NCBI GenBank assembly: GCA_000092065.1
Contig: CP000600.1
Length of the DNA stretch: 64,000 bases
Strand: one strand, 5' to 3'
Source: Ostreococcus lucimarinus
Lineage: Eukaryota
Shown here piece after piece: positions 8,887 through 17,467 of this stretch. The translations under genes and the position numbers were made by a program. Numbering within the stretch: the first letter of the stretch is position 1; each line of letters starts with the position of its first letter. The notes under the pieces are model-generated. The model saw only the letters and a list, made by a program, of their open reading frames with translations, did not search any database and was not told the DNA's origin.

Positions 8887-9429
8887 TCAGTAACACTTTC
8901 CGCCCTCCGTCGGAATCGCGTTCGGCACGTATCCAAAGTGTAAAACCTGGTTCGCGAGCACTCCCAATCCGATCAACGCCACCAAGAACGAGATACCTTC
9001 CGCGCCACCGAGCACGCCTCCCGGGCCCGCCGGAAGCCCCGAGCCCGTCTTAATCTTCTTCGCCGTCGCCGCGACGACGAACGCCGTCACCACGAGATAA
9101 GAAACGCCCTCCAACGCGCCGAGGCTTCCGCCGGGCCCCGGCGGCAGCCCGCACCCGGTGTTGTACAGCACCCAGAGCGACCAGGACGTCACGCCGTTGG
9201 CGACGAGCCCGACCGCGCCCGCGATCGCTTGCGCGTCACCCGAAAGCAAACCACTCATCGTTTCGTCGCCGTCCACCGACTTTAAATCGTTCACCAGGTC
9301 CGCCTCGAAGAATCCTTTCTCGTCCTTCTTCGGCGCCGCGCGCGCGAGAACGCGCGCGCGTCCGTTCCGCGGCGCCGCGCGCGCGGCGACGCGCGCGCGC
9401 GGTCGCGCGGTCGCTCTCAAAGTCAACAT
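8887..9429 (-). CDS. Small membrane protein with a duplicated GLP[PA]GPGGxLGxxEG[VI]S[YF]L motif, each copy followed by a TM helix. It has an R/A-rich N-terminal targeting-like region. Family not recognised.
   Basis: ATG at 9429 (MLTLRATARPRARVAARAAP...KKDEKGFFEADL). The C-terminal half is GLPPGPGGSLGALEGVSYLVVTAFVVAATAKKIKTGSGLPAGPGGVLGGAEGISFLVALIGLGVL. The rest of the 361-aa ORF upstream is GC-bias read-through. Confidence 0.45.
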   Translation of the reverse strand: MLTLRATARPRARVAARAAPRNGRARVLARAAPKKDEKGFFEADLVNDLKSVDGDETMSGLLSGDAQAIAGAVGLVANGVTSWSLWVLYNTGCGLPPGPGGSLGALEGVSYLVVTAFVVAATAKKIKTGSGLPAGPGGVLGGAEGISFLVALIGLGVLANQVLHFGYVPNAIPTEGGKCY

Positions 9430-9472
9430 GTGTGCCTCTCGAGTCGCGCAGTGACGCCAAACGGCGTCGCTC
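9430..9472. promoter_or_regulatory. 43-bp spacer between the divergent starts of the small membrane protein gene (minus) and Pus10 (plus).
   Basis: The ATGs are at 9429 (minus) and 9473 (plus). Confidence 0.35.
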
Positions 9473-11089
9473 ATGCGCGTCTGCGCCGCGTGCGAGCTCC
9501 GCTTTCGCGCGTGCGTCGACCGCGACGCGTACGTCGAGGCGTGCGACGCCGAGACGGCGCCGATCGAGCGATCGGGCGACGCGAACGAGGCGTCGAGCGC
9601 GTCGAGCGCGTGTTCGGTGTGCCTGGGCATCTTACAAATCGCCGTCTCTCGCGCGCCGCGCGCGTCGAACGAGCGCGCGCGCGATGAAAGACCGAAAACC
9701 ATATTAGACATCGCGTCCGTCGACGCGTTCGCGACGCGCGCGGTCGCGCGTGGACACAGACCGGGGTCGTTTAAGCTTAACGTGATTTTACCGGCGGCGG
9801 TGCTCGCGCGCGAGAGAGCGACGCTTTTATCGCGCGCGATCGATCCCGCGACGACGCGCGTGACGCCGATCGACGATGCGTTGCGAATCATCGTCGCGCC
9901 GACGCTCACGGAGGCGCTCGGGTGCGAGGAGAACGCGAACGGGGCTGAGTACGCGCTGACGGCGAAGTACAAGTACGGCGACGACCAACGCGAGACGGAA
10001 TTTCTATCCGCGGTGAAGCTTCAGTTGAGCGCGAAAGAGCGAGAGGCGAGGCATAAGCGAGGAAAGAAGGGATGGGATAAGCAGCGATGGCAGGGGAAGC
10101 GCAAGCGAGGTGGTGGAGGTGGGAAGAAGGATGACTTTCTCGCGAAGCTGAGTTCGCCAGAGGATCCGTTCGCGGACGAATTCGAGACGGCGACGAGGGC
10201 GTACGAAGACGCGGCGCGGCGTCTCGCCGACGCGCGATTCAACGAGAGCGATGCATTCATGGAGGCTTTCGAGCTGACCGCACCGCGGTATCGCGTGCGG
10301 TGCGTGCTGGAAGCGTTTCACGCGCCCGTGCACGTCGGCGGTTGGTACGTCAAGCTCGATCGCGGCGTGCCCCAGTCGCAGTGGATCTCTCGCGAGACTG
10401 GCGCGCGAATAGGGCGCGGAAGCGTGGTCGAGGCGATCGAACGAGTGGTTCTGAAGGGACTAGGATCGAATGGGGCGAAATTCAACAGTTCTGGTCGCGA
10501 AGACATGGACGTGCGCATGCTGAGCGACGGACGTCCGTTCGCGTTGCAGGTGCACGACCCCAAGACGCCGCTCGCGAGCGCGGAGAACGTGGCCGCCATG
10601 GAGCGCGAAATCAACGCACAGTCCGATATCACGGGCGTGCGCGTTCGCGGTCTGTGCTTCACGACGAAGGAAAACTATCACGCGGTCGGGATGAGCTCAG
10701 AAGAACACGAAAAAGAAAAGAGTTACGTCGCCATCGTGCGCGTCTCGCGCGAGGCGACGCCCGAGGACCACGAAAAGATCGCCTCGACGTCGCGCTTGGT
10801 CGTGCAGCAATCCACCCCCACGCGCGTCGCGCACAGACGCGCGGACTTGGTGCGTCCGAGGACGATCGTCAGCATGTCCTCCGAGCCCATCCCTGGATCT
10901 CCAGACTCCTTCATCCTGCGTCTTCGCACGCAAGCGGGCACGTACGTCAAAGAGTTCGTGCACGGCGACGCCGGGCGCACCGCCCCCAGTCTGGGCGACT
11001 TACTCGGCTGCAGGGCCGAGATCATTCAACTCGACGTCATCGCGATCAACGACGACTGGAATCCCAGCGGCGCTCCTCGCGTCGCCTAG
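9473..11089 (+). CDS. PUS10: tRNA pseudouridine synthase Pus10.
   Basis: ATG at 9473. An N-terminal Cys cluster (CAACELRFRAC...C) is followed by the C-terminal catalytic region with TYVKEFVHGDAGRTAPSLGDLLG and ITGVRVRG, which is diagnostic of Pus10 (YIKEFVHGDFGRTKPN). Confidence 0.7.
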   Translation: MRVCAACELRFRACVDRDAYVEACDAETAPIERSGDANEASSASSACSVCLGILQIAVSRAPRASNERARDERPKTILDIASVDAFATRAVARGHRPGSFKLNVILPAAVLARERATLLSRAIDPATTRVTPIDDALRIIVAPTLTEALGCEENANGAEYALTAKYKYGDDQRETEFLSAVKLQLSAKEREARHKRGKKGWDKQRWQGKRKRGGGGGKKDDFLAKLSSPEDPFADEFETATRAYEDAARRLADARFNESDAFMEAFELTAPRYRVRCVLEAFHAPVHVGGWYVKLDRGVPQSQWISRETGARIGRGSVVEAIERVVLKGLGSNGAKFNSSGREDMDVRMLSDGRPFALQVHDPKTPLASAENVAAMEREINAQSDITGVRVRGLCFTTKENYHAVGMSSEEHEKEKSYVAIVRVSREATPEDHEKIASTSRLVVQQSTPTRVAHRRADLVRPRTIVSMSSEPIPGSPDSFILRLRTQAGTYVKEFVHGDAGRTAPSLGDLLGCRAEIIQLDVIAINDDWNPSGAPRVA

Positions 11090-11132
11090 AATAGCGTTGT
11101 AGAACGCCGCAGAGCGCGACGCGAGCGACGCC

Positions 11133-12131
11133 ATGCGTCGTCCGCGCGTGCTCTTTTGCGGTCTAGAATTCGAAGACGGCTACGCCCACACGCGCGCGTA
11201 CGTCGACGACAACGATCTCGACGTGGACGTCGCGCGATGCGCGCGCGAGGACGTCGCGCGCGAGATCTCGCGCTGCGATGTCGCCGTTCCGCTCATGACG
11301 AAACTCGACGCCGAGCTGTTGAAAATCGGCGCCGCCGGCGCGCTGACGCACGTCCTGCAGTTCGGCGTCGGGTTAGAGGGCGTGGACATCGAGTGCGCGA
11401 CCGCGCTGGGCGTCACCGTGGCGCGGATCCCTTCGGAGAAGACGGGGAACGCGACGAGCACGGCGGAGCTCGCGGTGTACTTGGTCCTGGCGGCGCTGCG
11501 ACGTCACGACGCCATGTCGGCGAGCGTGCGGAGTCGTAAACTCGGCGCGCCGACGGGGAACGCGCTGAGCGAGTGCGAGGTGATGATACTGGGATGGGGG
11601 GCGATCGGGGTGAAGATTGCGGCGCGATTGCGCGGATTTGAGTGCGCGTTGACGGCGGCGCGTAAATCAAAGTGGGCCGAGGACGAGAGCGATCGATGTG
11701 GGATACCGTTGCGAGCGGTGTGCGGGACGAGCGACCGGGATGGATTGCGTGCGCTGTTGCGCGCGGCGGACGTGGTGTGCGTCGCGTGCACGCAAGATCC
11801 GTCGAACGCCGGGATGATCGACGACGAGTTTTTGGCGGCGATGAAGCCGGGCGCGGCGTTGGTGAACATCGCGAGAGGGGGCTTGTTCGATCGCGACGCC
11901 GTGTTGAAAAGCTTGAAAAGTGGGCATTTGGGTTATTTAGCGAGCGATGTGGCGTGGAGTGAACCTGTCGATCCCGAGGATCCGATCGTTCGGCACGAGC
12001 ACACGTACTTCACGCCTCACATCGCCGGAGTGACGCACTCGAGCTATAGAATGATGGGGGAAATAGTCGCGACTAGCGCGTCTCGCTTGGTCGAGTTTAG
12101 GAAATTAACCGATATACAGGTTGTGAATTAA
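11133..12131 (+). CDS. D-isomer-specific 2-hydroxyacid dehydrogenase (NAD-binding; glyoxylate/hydroxypyruvate reductase or PGDH-like).
   Basis: Rossmann motif ILGWGAIGVKIAARL, then catalytic residues in VNIARGGLFDRDAVLKSLKSGHLGYLASDVAWSEP...HTYFTPHIAG. The start is only about 43 bp after the Pus10 stop codon. Confidence 0.8.
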   Translation: MRRPRVLFCGLEFEDGYAHTRAYVDDNDLDVDVARCAREDVAREISRCDVAVPLMTKLDAELLKIGAAGALTHVLQFGVGLEGVDIECATALGVTVARIPSEKTGNATSTAELAVYLVLAALRRHDAMSASVRSRKLGAPTGNALSECEVMILGWGAIGVKIAARLRGFECALTAARKSKWAEDESDRCGIPLRAVCGTSDRDGLRALLRAADVVCVACTQDPSNAGMIDDEFLAAMKPGAALVNIARGGLFDRDAVLKSLKSGHLGYLASDVAWSEPVDPEDPIVRHEHTYFTPHIAGVTHSSYRMMGEIVATSASRLVEFRKLTDIQVVN

Positions 12132-12158
12132 AACAACGTTCTATCTACAGCGTGGTTT

Positions 12159-14177
12159 CTACTCCTCCCCGAGCGCGCTTCGGTGCAGCGCCTGAACCGA
12201 CGCTGGCATGATGCCTCCCCGCTTCCCGACCAAAAATCCTTGTCCGCCGACCGCCGCGTTGACACCGGCGTCTTTGTACTTCACCCTCCCCTTTTCTTTT
12301 TTACCTTTCTTTTGATACTTGTGCTCAGCGCGTTGTCGCTCTTTGGTTCTGCCCGTTTGGATTCCGAGCGTCGCCATCATGTCATCCAAAACCGCGGCGG
12401 CGAGCGGGTCGTCAGGCACGCCGTCATCGTTTTTCGACTCATTGCGAGCGCTAGGCTCGATCGCACCGGCGCCGTACCCGGCGACCGCATCTTCGCCCAC
12501 GCGCGACGCCCCGAGCGGGCCGTCGTAGCCATCTGGGGCGACGCAATACAGCAGCTTTCCGCTGATGTAATCCTTGAGCACGGCGCGACCGGCGCGAACT
12601 TCGTCCGGTCTATTGCCTTGAACGGTGTACCCGCGCGCAGCGCAGTACGCCCGCAGGAATTCGCGAGCGGTTGCGTTTCTCCCTTGGTCTTCATGGAGCG
12701 CGGGTAATGGAAGCGTCAAGTTGTACACGTGTTCGATGGTGGACCTCGGAATACGTTCGGCGATGATTTCGATCGGCTTGGTGACATCCGTGAGACGATC
12801 GACGGGTATGACGCCGTTACACACCAAATGCGCCTTTGACGTTGAGAATGTCGGAAACACGAGACCTGGGCAGTCGGCCAGAAGCAAATCGTCGCCGAGC
12901 TCGAGGGTTTGAAAGTGCTTCGTTTTACCGGGCGTGGCGCTCACGCCCGTCTTCTTCGACGCCACGATGGCGTTCACCGTGCTCGACTTGCCGACGTTCG
13001 GGTAACCCACCATACCGACCACGACACGGTTCGCTTGTGGGCCTTTACGTTTCACTCGAGTCGAACCCATGGCCTCCACCGCCGCTTCCGCGCGCTTTTG
13101 TAGAATGTCTAAGAGCTCGGCGCGGGACCAAATGTGCGCTGGATCGGCGGCGTCGGCGCTATCGAATTGCATCTGATGGAGCGTCTCAGCGTGCGCATCC
13201 GCGGCTTCACGCGCAGCTTCCGCCTTCGCGCTAAGTTCCGCGGCGAGCTCCATGGCGTCATCGTCGATCTCGTCACCCGCGTGAAGGGTCAATCGCCTGT
13301 TTGTCTCCTCGAGCTCCTTCGCCGTCTGCGCCGCCTTGGCGGCGATTTGTTCAGCCTCAATCTCCTCGTACGCCGCCTTAGCGGACCAAAACAAGAATGA
13401 AATCCCTTTGGCGTTGAAATACTCCGCCCACGCCCGGCGAAGTTCTTTACTGAGTAAATCCGCCTTGTTCAACAGCAGCATCGTCGCCTTGCCCGGATTC
13501 AGCTCCTTGACGTACGCCTCCAAATCCTCGCATCTATAAAACAACGGATCTCGCGCGTCCACCACTTGCACGACGACGTCCGATCGCTCGCACACTCGCC
13601 ACAACTGTCGCCAAATCTCCAAGTTCTTCTCGAACGGCGTCAGCGAGCACCTCGAATCTTCCTCGACCGCCGCCAGCGCGCGCCGCCACTCCAAAAACCC
13701 GCGCCGTTCGTTTTCATCCACCTCCTCCGCTCGCATCTCGTGCGTCCACGCCGGTCGTCTCGGCACGCTCAGCGCGTCTTTATGTAGCGTTTCCGCCTCC
13801 CCCCGCGCTCGCGCGCGCGCCGCCGCATCCTCCATCGCCGTCTCGTTCGTCGCGCCGCCGCCGTCTCGTCCGTCGTCGCCCCCCGCCACCACCGCCGCCC
13901 GCTCCCGTCCGCGCGCCGTCGTGAAGTCTCGATTCGCCAGCGACGCCAGGTGAAAGAATTCATCCAGCTCGCTCCGCTCGAGCACCGATCCGCTGCCGTC
14001 CGCGCGATTTATGTCCGTCGTTCGCGAGTAGTTCATGAAATCGCCCGCCGTGGACTCGTGCGCGCCGTACGCCGTCTGTCCCGCGCCCGGCGCCTCGCCG
14101 CGGCGCTTGGACCTCGCGAGCGATCCTCCGAGCGCGCCCTGCCTGGGCGCGCGCCCGCCGTCGCGCGCGCCGCCCAT
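12159..14177 (-). CDS. LSG1: Large-subunit GTPase 1 (Lsg1; circularly permuted YlqF/RbgA-family GTPase).
   Basis: From the ATG at 14177 (MGGARDGG...GALGGSLARSKRR, which matches the Lsg1 N-terminus). The G4 motif LLNKADLL precedes the G1 motif VGMVGYPNVGKSSTVNAI and DCPGLVFP, the circularly permuted order. Other hits: DVVVQVVDARDPLFYR and the N-terminal DEFFHLASLANRDFT. Confidence 0.85.
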   Translation of the reverse strand: MGGARDGGRAPRQGALGGSLARSKRRGEAPGAGQTAYGAHESTAGDFMNYSRTTDINRADGSGSVLERSELDEFFHLASLANRDFTTARGRERAAVVAGGDDGRDGGGATNETAMEDAAARARARGEAETLHKDALSVPRRPAWTHEMRAEEVDENERRGFLEWRRALAAVEEDSRCSLTPFEKNLEIWRQLWRVCERSDVVVQVVDARDPLFYRCEDLEAYVKELNPGKATMLLLNKADLLSKELRRAWAEYFNAKGISFLFWSAKAAYEEIEAEQIAAKAAQTAKELEETNRRLTLHAGDEIDDDAMELAAELSAKAEAAREAADAHAETLHQMQFDSADAADPAHIWSRAELLDILQKRAEAAVEAMGSTRVKRKGPQANRVVVGMVGYPNVGKSSTVNAIVASKKTGVSATPGKTKHFQTLELGDDLLLADCPGLVFPTFSTSKAHLVCNGVIPVDRLTDVTKPIEIIAERIPRSTIEHVYNLTLPLPALHEDQGRNATAREFLRAYCAARGYTVQGNRPDEVRAGRAVLKDYISGKLLYCVAPDGYDGPLGASRVGEDAVAGYGAGAIEPSARNESKNDDGVPDDPLAAAVLDDMMATLGIQTGRTKERQRAEHKYQKKGKKEKGRVKYKDAGVNAAVGGQGFLVGKRGGIMPASVQALHRSALGEE

Positions 14178-14337
14178 GCTCGCGTTCGGCGACGCGGCGA
14201 TGTGGCGGCGGCGCCGCACTTCCGCGCGCGACGACGCGACCGCGCGACGCGACCGCGCGCGCGAACGCGCACGACCCGCGAGCTCACGAACGCGCGCGCG
14301 CGAGGACGACGCGCGACGCGCGCGAGTCCGAGGCGAG

Positions 14338-14857
14338 ATGGCGACCAAGGTGCAGCGCATCATGACCCAGCCGATCGTGCGTTTCGACGCGACGCGACGA
14401 CGCGCGCGACGACGCGACCGCGACGCGACCGCGACGCGCGACGCGACCGCGCCTCGACGCGACCGCGACGCGCGCCTCGACGCGAGCGCGACGTCGACGG
14501 GACGCGCGCGGACGCGAATTCGAGAATTCCTCTAGGGTAGCCGCGCCGCGCGTCGACGCGAATCGAACGAAATCGAGCCGACGCGACGGACCGAACGACT
14601 GACGACGGCGCGATGACGCGTCGCGCGGACAGAATTTGATCTTTCGGTTCCTGCAGACCAAGGCTCGGGTGCAGATTTGGATGTACGAGAATCCGGACAC
14701 GTGCGTCGAGGGACGAATCGTCGGCTTCGACGAGTACATGAACTTGGTGTTGGACGACGCGGAGGAGGTGACGGAGAAGAAGTCGCGTCGCGTCGGCGTG
14801 GGGAGGATTTTGTTGAAGGGGGATAACATCACGTTGATGCGAAACGTGAGCAAGTGA
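14338..14857 (+). CDS. SNRPE: Small nuclear ribonucleoprotein SmE, two exons: exon 1 14338-14376, a 256-nt intron 14377-14632, and exon 2 14633-14857.
   Basis: Exon 1 encodes [13 protein letters not shown] and ends at a GTGCGT donor. An acceptor ...GGACAG lies at 14631-14632. The spliced product, [59 protein letters not shown]...[17 protein letters not shown], aligns along its whole length with human SNRPE. The track ORF 14636-14857 is exon 2 starting at a TTG. Confidence 0.82.
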
Positions 14858-14999
14858 GCGCGCGCGCGCGCGACGCGGATGTAGCTTTGTTAATCGTAAA
14901 ATCACCGTAGGAAGGATTCGCCGGGCGCGGCGGACGCGCCGCGACGCCACACGACGACGCGCGTCTCGCGTCGCGTCGATCGCGTGGATTCGCGCGAAC

Positions 15000-17411
15000 A
15001 TGACGACGCCCTCGACGTCGCGGCACGCGCGCGAGCCGTCGATGTCGTCCACAGACGCGTTCGAGCACCAAAACTTTAACGCCGTGGATTTCATCAATCG
15101 AGTGCTCCCGGACGAACGCGCGCTCGCGGGCGTCGATAAGATGATCGCGAAGCTCCGCGCGCGCGTGAAACTGGTGGACGCGGAAATATTGGGCGCGCTG
15201 CGAGCGCAACACGGGAGCGAAGCGCGAGCGAGGGACGATTTCGAGGTGATCGTGAGCGGGATCGACGCGCTCGCGGAACGCGCGACGGAGACGGAGAGAA
15301 AGGCGGCGGCGACGGAGGCGAACGTGCGAGAGATATGCGCGGATATAGTGCGATTAGATAGGGCGAAGAATCACTTGACGAATTCCATCACGACGCTGCG
15401 ACGGTTGTCGATGTTCGTGAGCGGGATGGAACAGTTGGAGTTGTTCGCGTTGCGGAGGCAGTACGGGGACGCGGCGAATTTGTTGCAGGCGGCGTCGCAG
15501 TTGGCGACGCACTTCGAGGGGTACTCGCAGATTCCGAAGATTGCGGAGTTGCAGGAAAAGTATCGCGGGGTGAAGAATCAGTTGCGCGCGGCGGTGTTTG
15601 ATGATTTTCACACGACGTGGCTGCCGCACGTGATGGACGGCGACGCCGCGGCGCAGAAGAAATTACGCGACGCGTGCCTCGTCGTGAACGCGCTCGAACC
15701 GAGCGTGCGCGAAGAGTTAGTCGGCAACCTCACAAACAGAGAGCTGACCAACTACGCGTCAGTTTTCAGCGCGCACGAGAGTGGAGATTTCCTCGGTCGC
15801 ATCGCGAGACGGTATGATTGGATCACGCGACAGTTACAATCGAAGGAGTCCATGTGGGCGGTATTTCCAGCGCATTGGCGCGTGCCACAACTTTTAAGCG
15901 TGTCTCTTTGCAAGCTCACGCGCGCACAACTCGCGGAGGCGCTTGATGCCCGCGGGCCGCACGACGTACAAAAGCTCTTGCACGCGATGCACGTCACCAT
16001 AGAATTTGAGATGGAGTTAGACGAGCGTTTCGGCACTGGCGCGGGTGTGGAAGACGACGAGCTCGAAGGTGACAGTGCGTCGGCTTCGATGCTCCGGCAG
16101 AAACTCGAGCGCGCTGAGCGCGAGAAACAGACAGAAAACTTGCGCGGAGGGCGCGTCCTGCCCATGGATTCGGCCGCGGAAGCCGCGGCGACGTTCATGT
16201 TTCGGGGGAGCGTTGGATCGTGCTTCGAAGATCATCTCGCCGATTACGTCGCACTCGAGCGACGTCAATTATTTGAGCAGATCAACGAAAGTATTCGAAA
16301 CGAAACTTGGCAGGGTGACGAAACAAACCCACGAATTTTGGCGAGCGCGACGAGCGTGTTTTTGAACATAAAGAAAGTGTTCAAGCGATGCTCCAATTTG
16401 ACGCGCGGTAAGACGCTCTTCGCCGTGCACCAGGTGTTCGTACAAGTTCTCATCGCGTACGCCAAGGCTTTGAACGAACGCATCGACGTCGCAGCGTTGA
16501 ACGCGACGGACGCTCGCCGTCCCGAGGCGCAGCGAGCGGCGGAAATCAAGTGCATATGTCTCATCGTCAATACGGCTGAGTATTGCAACGAAACCGTCGG
16601 TCCACTCGGTGATTCTATGGTCAAATCGTTGGAAGACAATTTCAAGGAGAAAGTCGACATGATGGACGTCGAAGATGCGTTCAGCACGACACTGTCTGAG
16701 GCACTGAACAAACTCATCGGCGTGGTGGAGGCGAAATCAAACCTCGTCTCTGGGATGCTTCGCGTGAACTGGGGCGCGCTCGACGTCGTCGGCGACCAGA
16801 GCGAGTACGTAGACACGTTCGAACGCGCTATTGCGCACGCGATGCCTGTGCTTCGCGCTTCAGTGAGCGACATCCATCACACATTCTTTTGCGAGAAACT
16901 GGCGTCGTCAATCGCGCCGAAATTGTACATCGCAGTGTTCAAGTGCAAGCGCTTTTCGGAAATCGGCGGTCAGCAACTTTTGCTCGACATGCACGCGGTG
17001 AAAGCAATTTTACTGTCCTTGCCCGCCATAGCCGCTGCCGGTACGGACGTCACCGCCGAACCATCGGCGCCGCCGATGAGTTACGCGAAGATGATCGCTC
17101 GCGAGATGGGCAAAGTCGAAGCGCTCGTGAAAACTATCCTCTCCCCGAACGACGGATTGGCGGAAACGTTCAAAGCCCTCCTTCCCATGACAGCCAACGC
17201 CACGGATTTCAAAGCTATTTGCCTGCTCAAGGGCATGAAACCAAACGAAATCTCCGAGCCCCCGTTCGGGCTCTTCGCCTCGGTCGGCGCTCCCGCCAGC
17301 TCCAAGCCGCTCGAGGATTTACCCAACGTCCCGAACAGACCCAAGGCGCCGCGCATGGACAACGTCACCGCAAAAATGTCTGGCATGTTCAAGCAGGGCA
17401 CCAAACAATAG
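15000..17411 (+). CDS. VPS53: Vps53 (GARP/EARP tethering complex subunit).
   Basis: FNAVDFINRVLPDERALAGVDKMIAKL, LDRAKNHLTNSITTLRRLSMF, RRQYGDAANLLQ, LRDACLVVNALEP, RRYDWITRQL and the C-terminal DVVGDQSEYVDTF all align closely with human VPS53. Confidence 0.9.
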   Translation: MTTPSTSRHAREPSMSSTDAFEHQNFNAVDFINRVLPDERALAGVDKMIAKLRARVKLVDAEILGALRAQHGSEARARDDFEVIVSGIDALAERATETERKAAATEANVREICADIVRLDRAKNHLTNSITTLRRLSMFVSGMEQLELFALRRQYGDAANLLQAASQLATHFEGYSQIPKIAELQEKYRGVKNQLRAAVFDDFHTTWLPHVMDGDAAAQKKLRDACLVVNALEPSVREELVGNLTNRELTNYASVFSAHESGDFLGRIARRYDWITRQLQSKESMWAVFPAHWRVPQLLSVSLCKLTRAQLAEALDARGPHDVQKLLHAMHVTIEFEMELDERFGTGAGVEDDELEGDSASASMLRQKLERAEREKQTENLRGGRVLPMDSAAEAAATFMFRGSVGSCFEDHLADYVALERRQLFEQINESIRNETWQGDETNPRILASATSVFLNIKKVFKRCSNLTRGKTLFAVHQVFVQVLIAYAKALNERIDVAALNATDARRPEAQRAAEIKCICLIVNTAEYCNETVGPLGDSMVKSLEDNFKEKVDMMDVEDAFSTTLSEALNKLIGVVEAKSNLVSGMLRVNWGALDVVGDQSEYVDTFERAIAHAMPVLRASVSDIHHTFFCEKLASSIAPKLYIAVFKCKRFSEIGGQQLLLDMHAVKAILLSLPAIAAAGTDVTAEPSAPPMSYAKMIAREMGKVEALVKTILSPNDGLAETFKALLPMTANATDFKAICLLKGMKPNEISEPPFGLFASVGAPASSKPLEDLPNVPNRPKAPRMDNVTAKMSGMFKQGTKQ

Positions 17412-17467
17412 CTCGACCGTTCCTTAGCCGTCTGTACGCCGACGACTGCCCCAACCGTCGCCACACC

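Noticed and set aside
16889-17467. The 5' roughly 190 codons of the 943-aa ORF overlapping the Vps53 3' end.
   Set aside because: It overlaps the Vps53 CDS in another frame and has an Arg/His-rich low-complexity translation. The first ATG after the Vps53 stop (17468) gives a sensible start.
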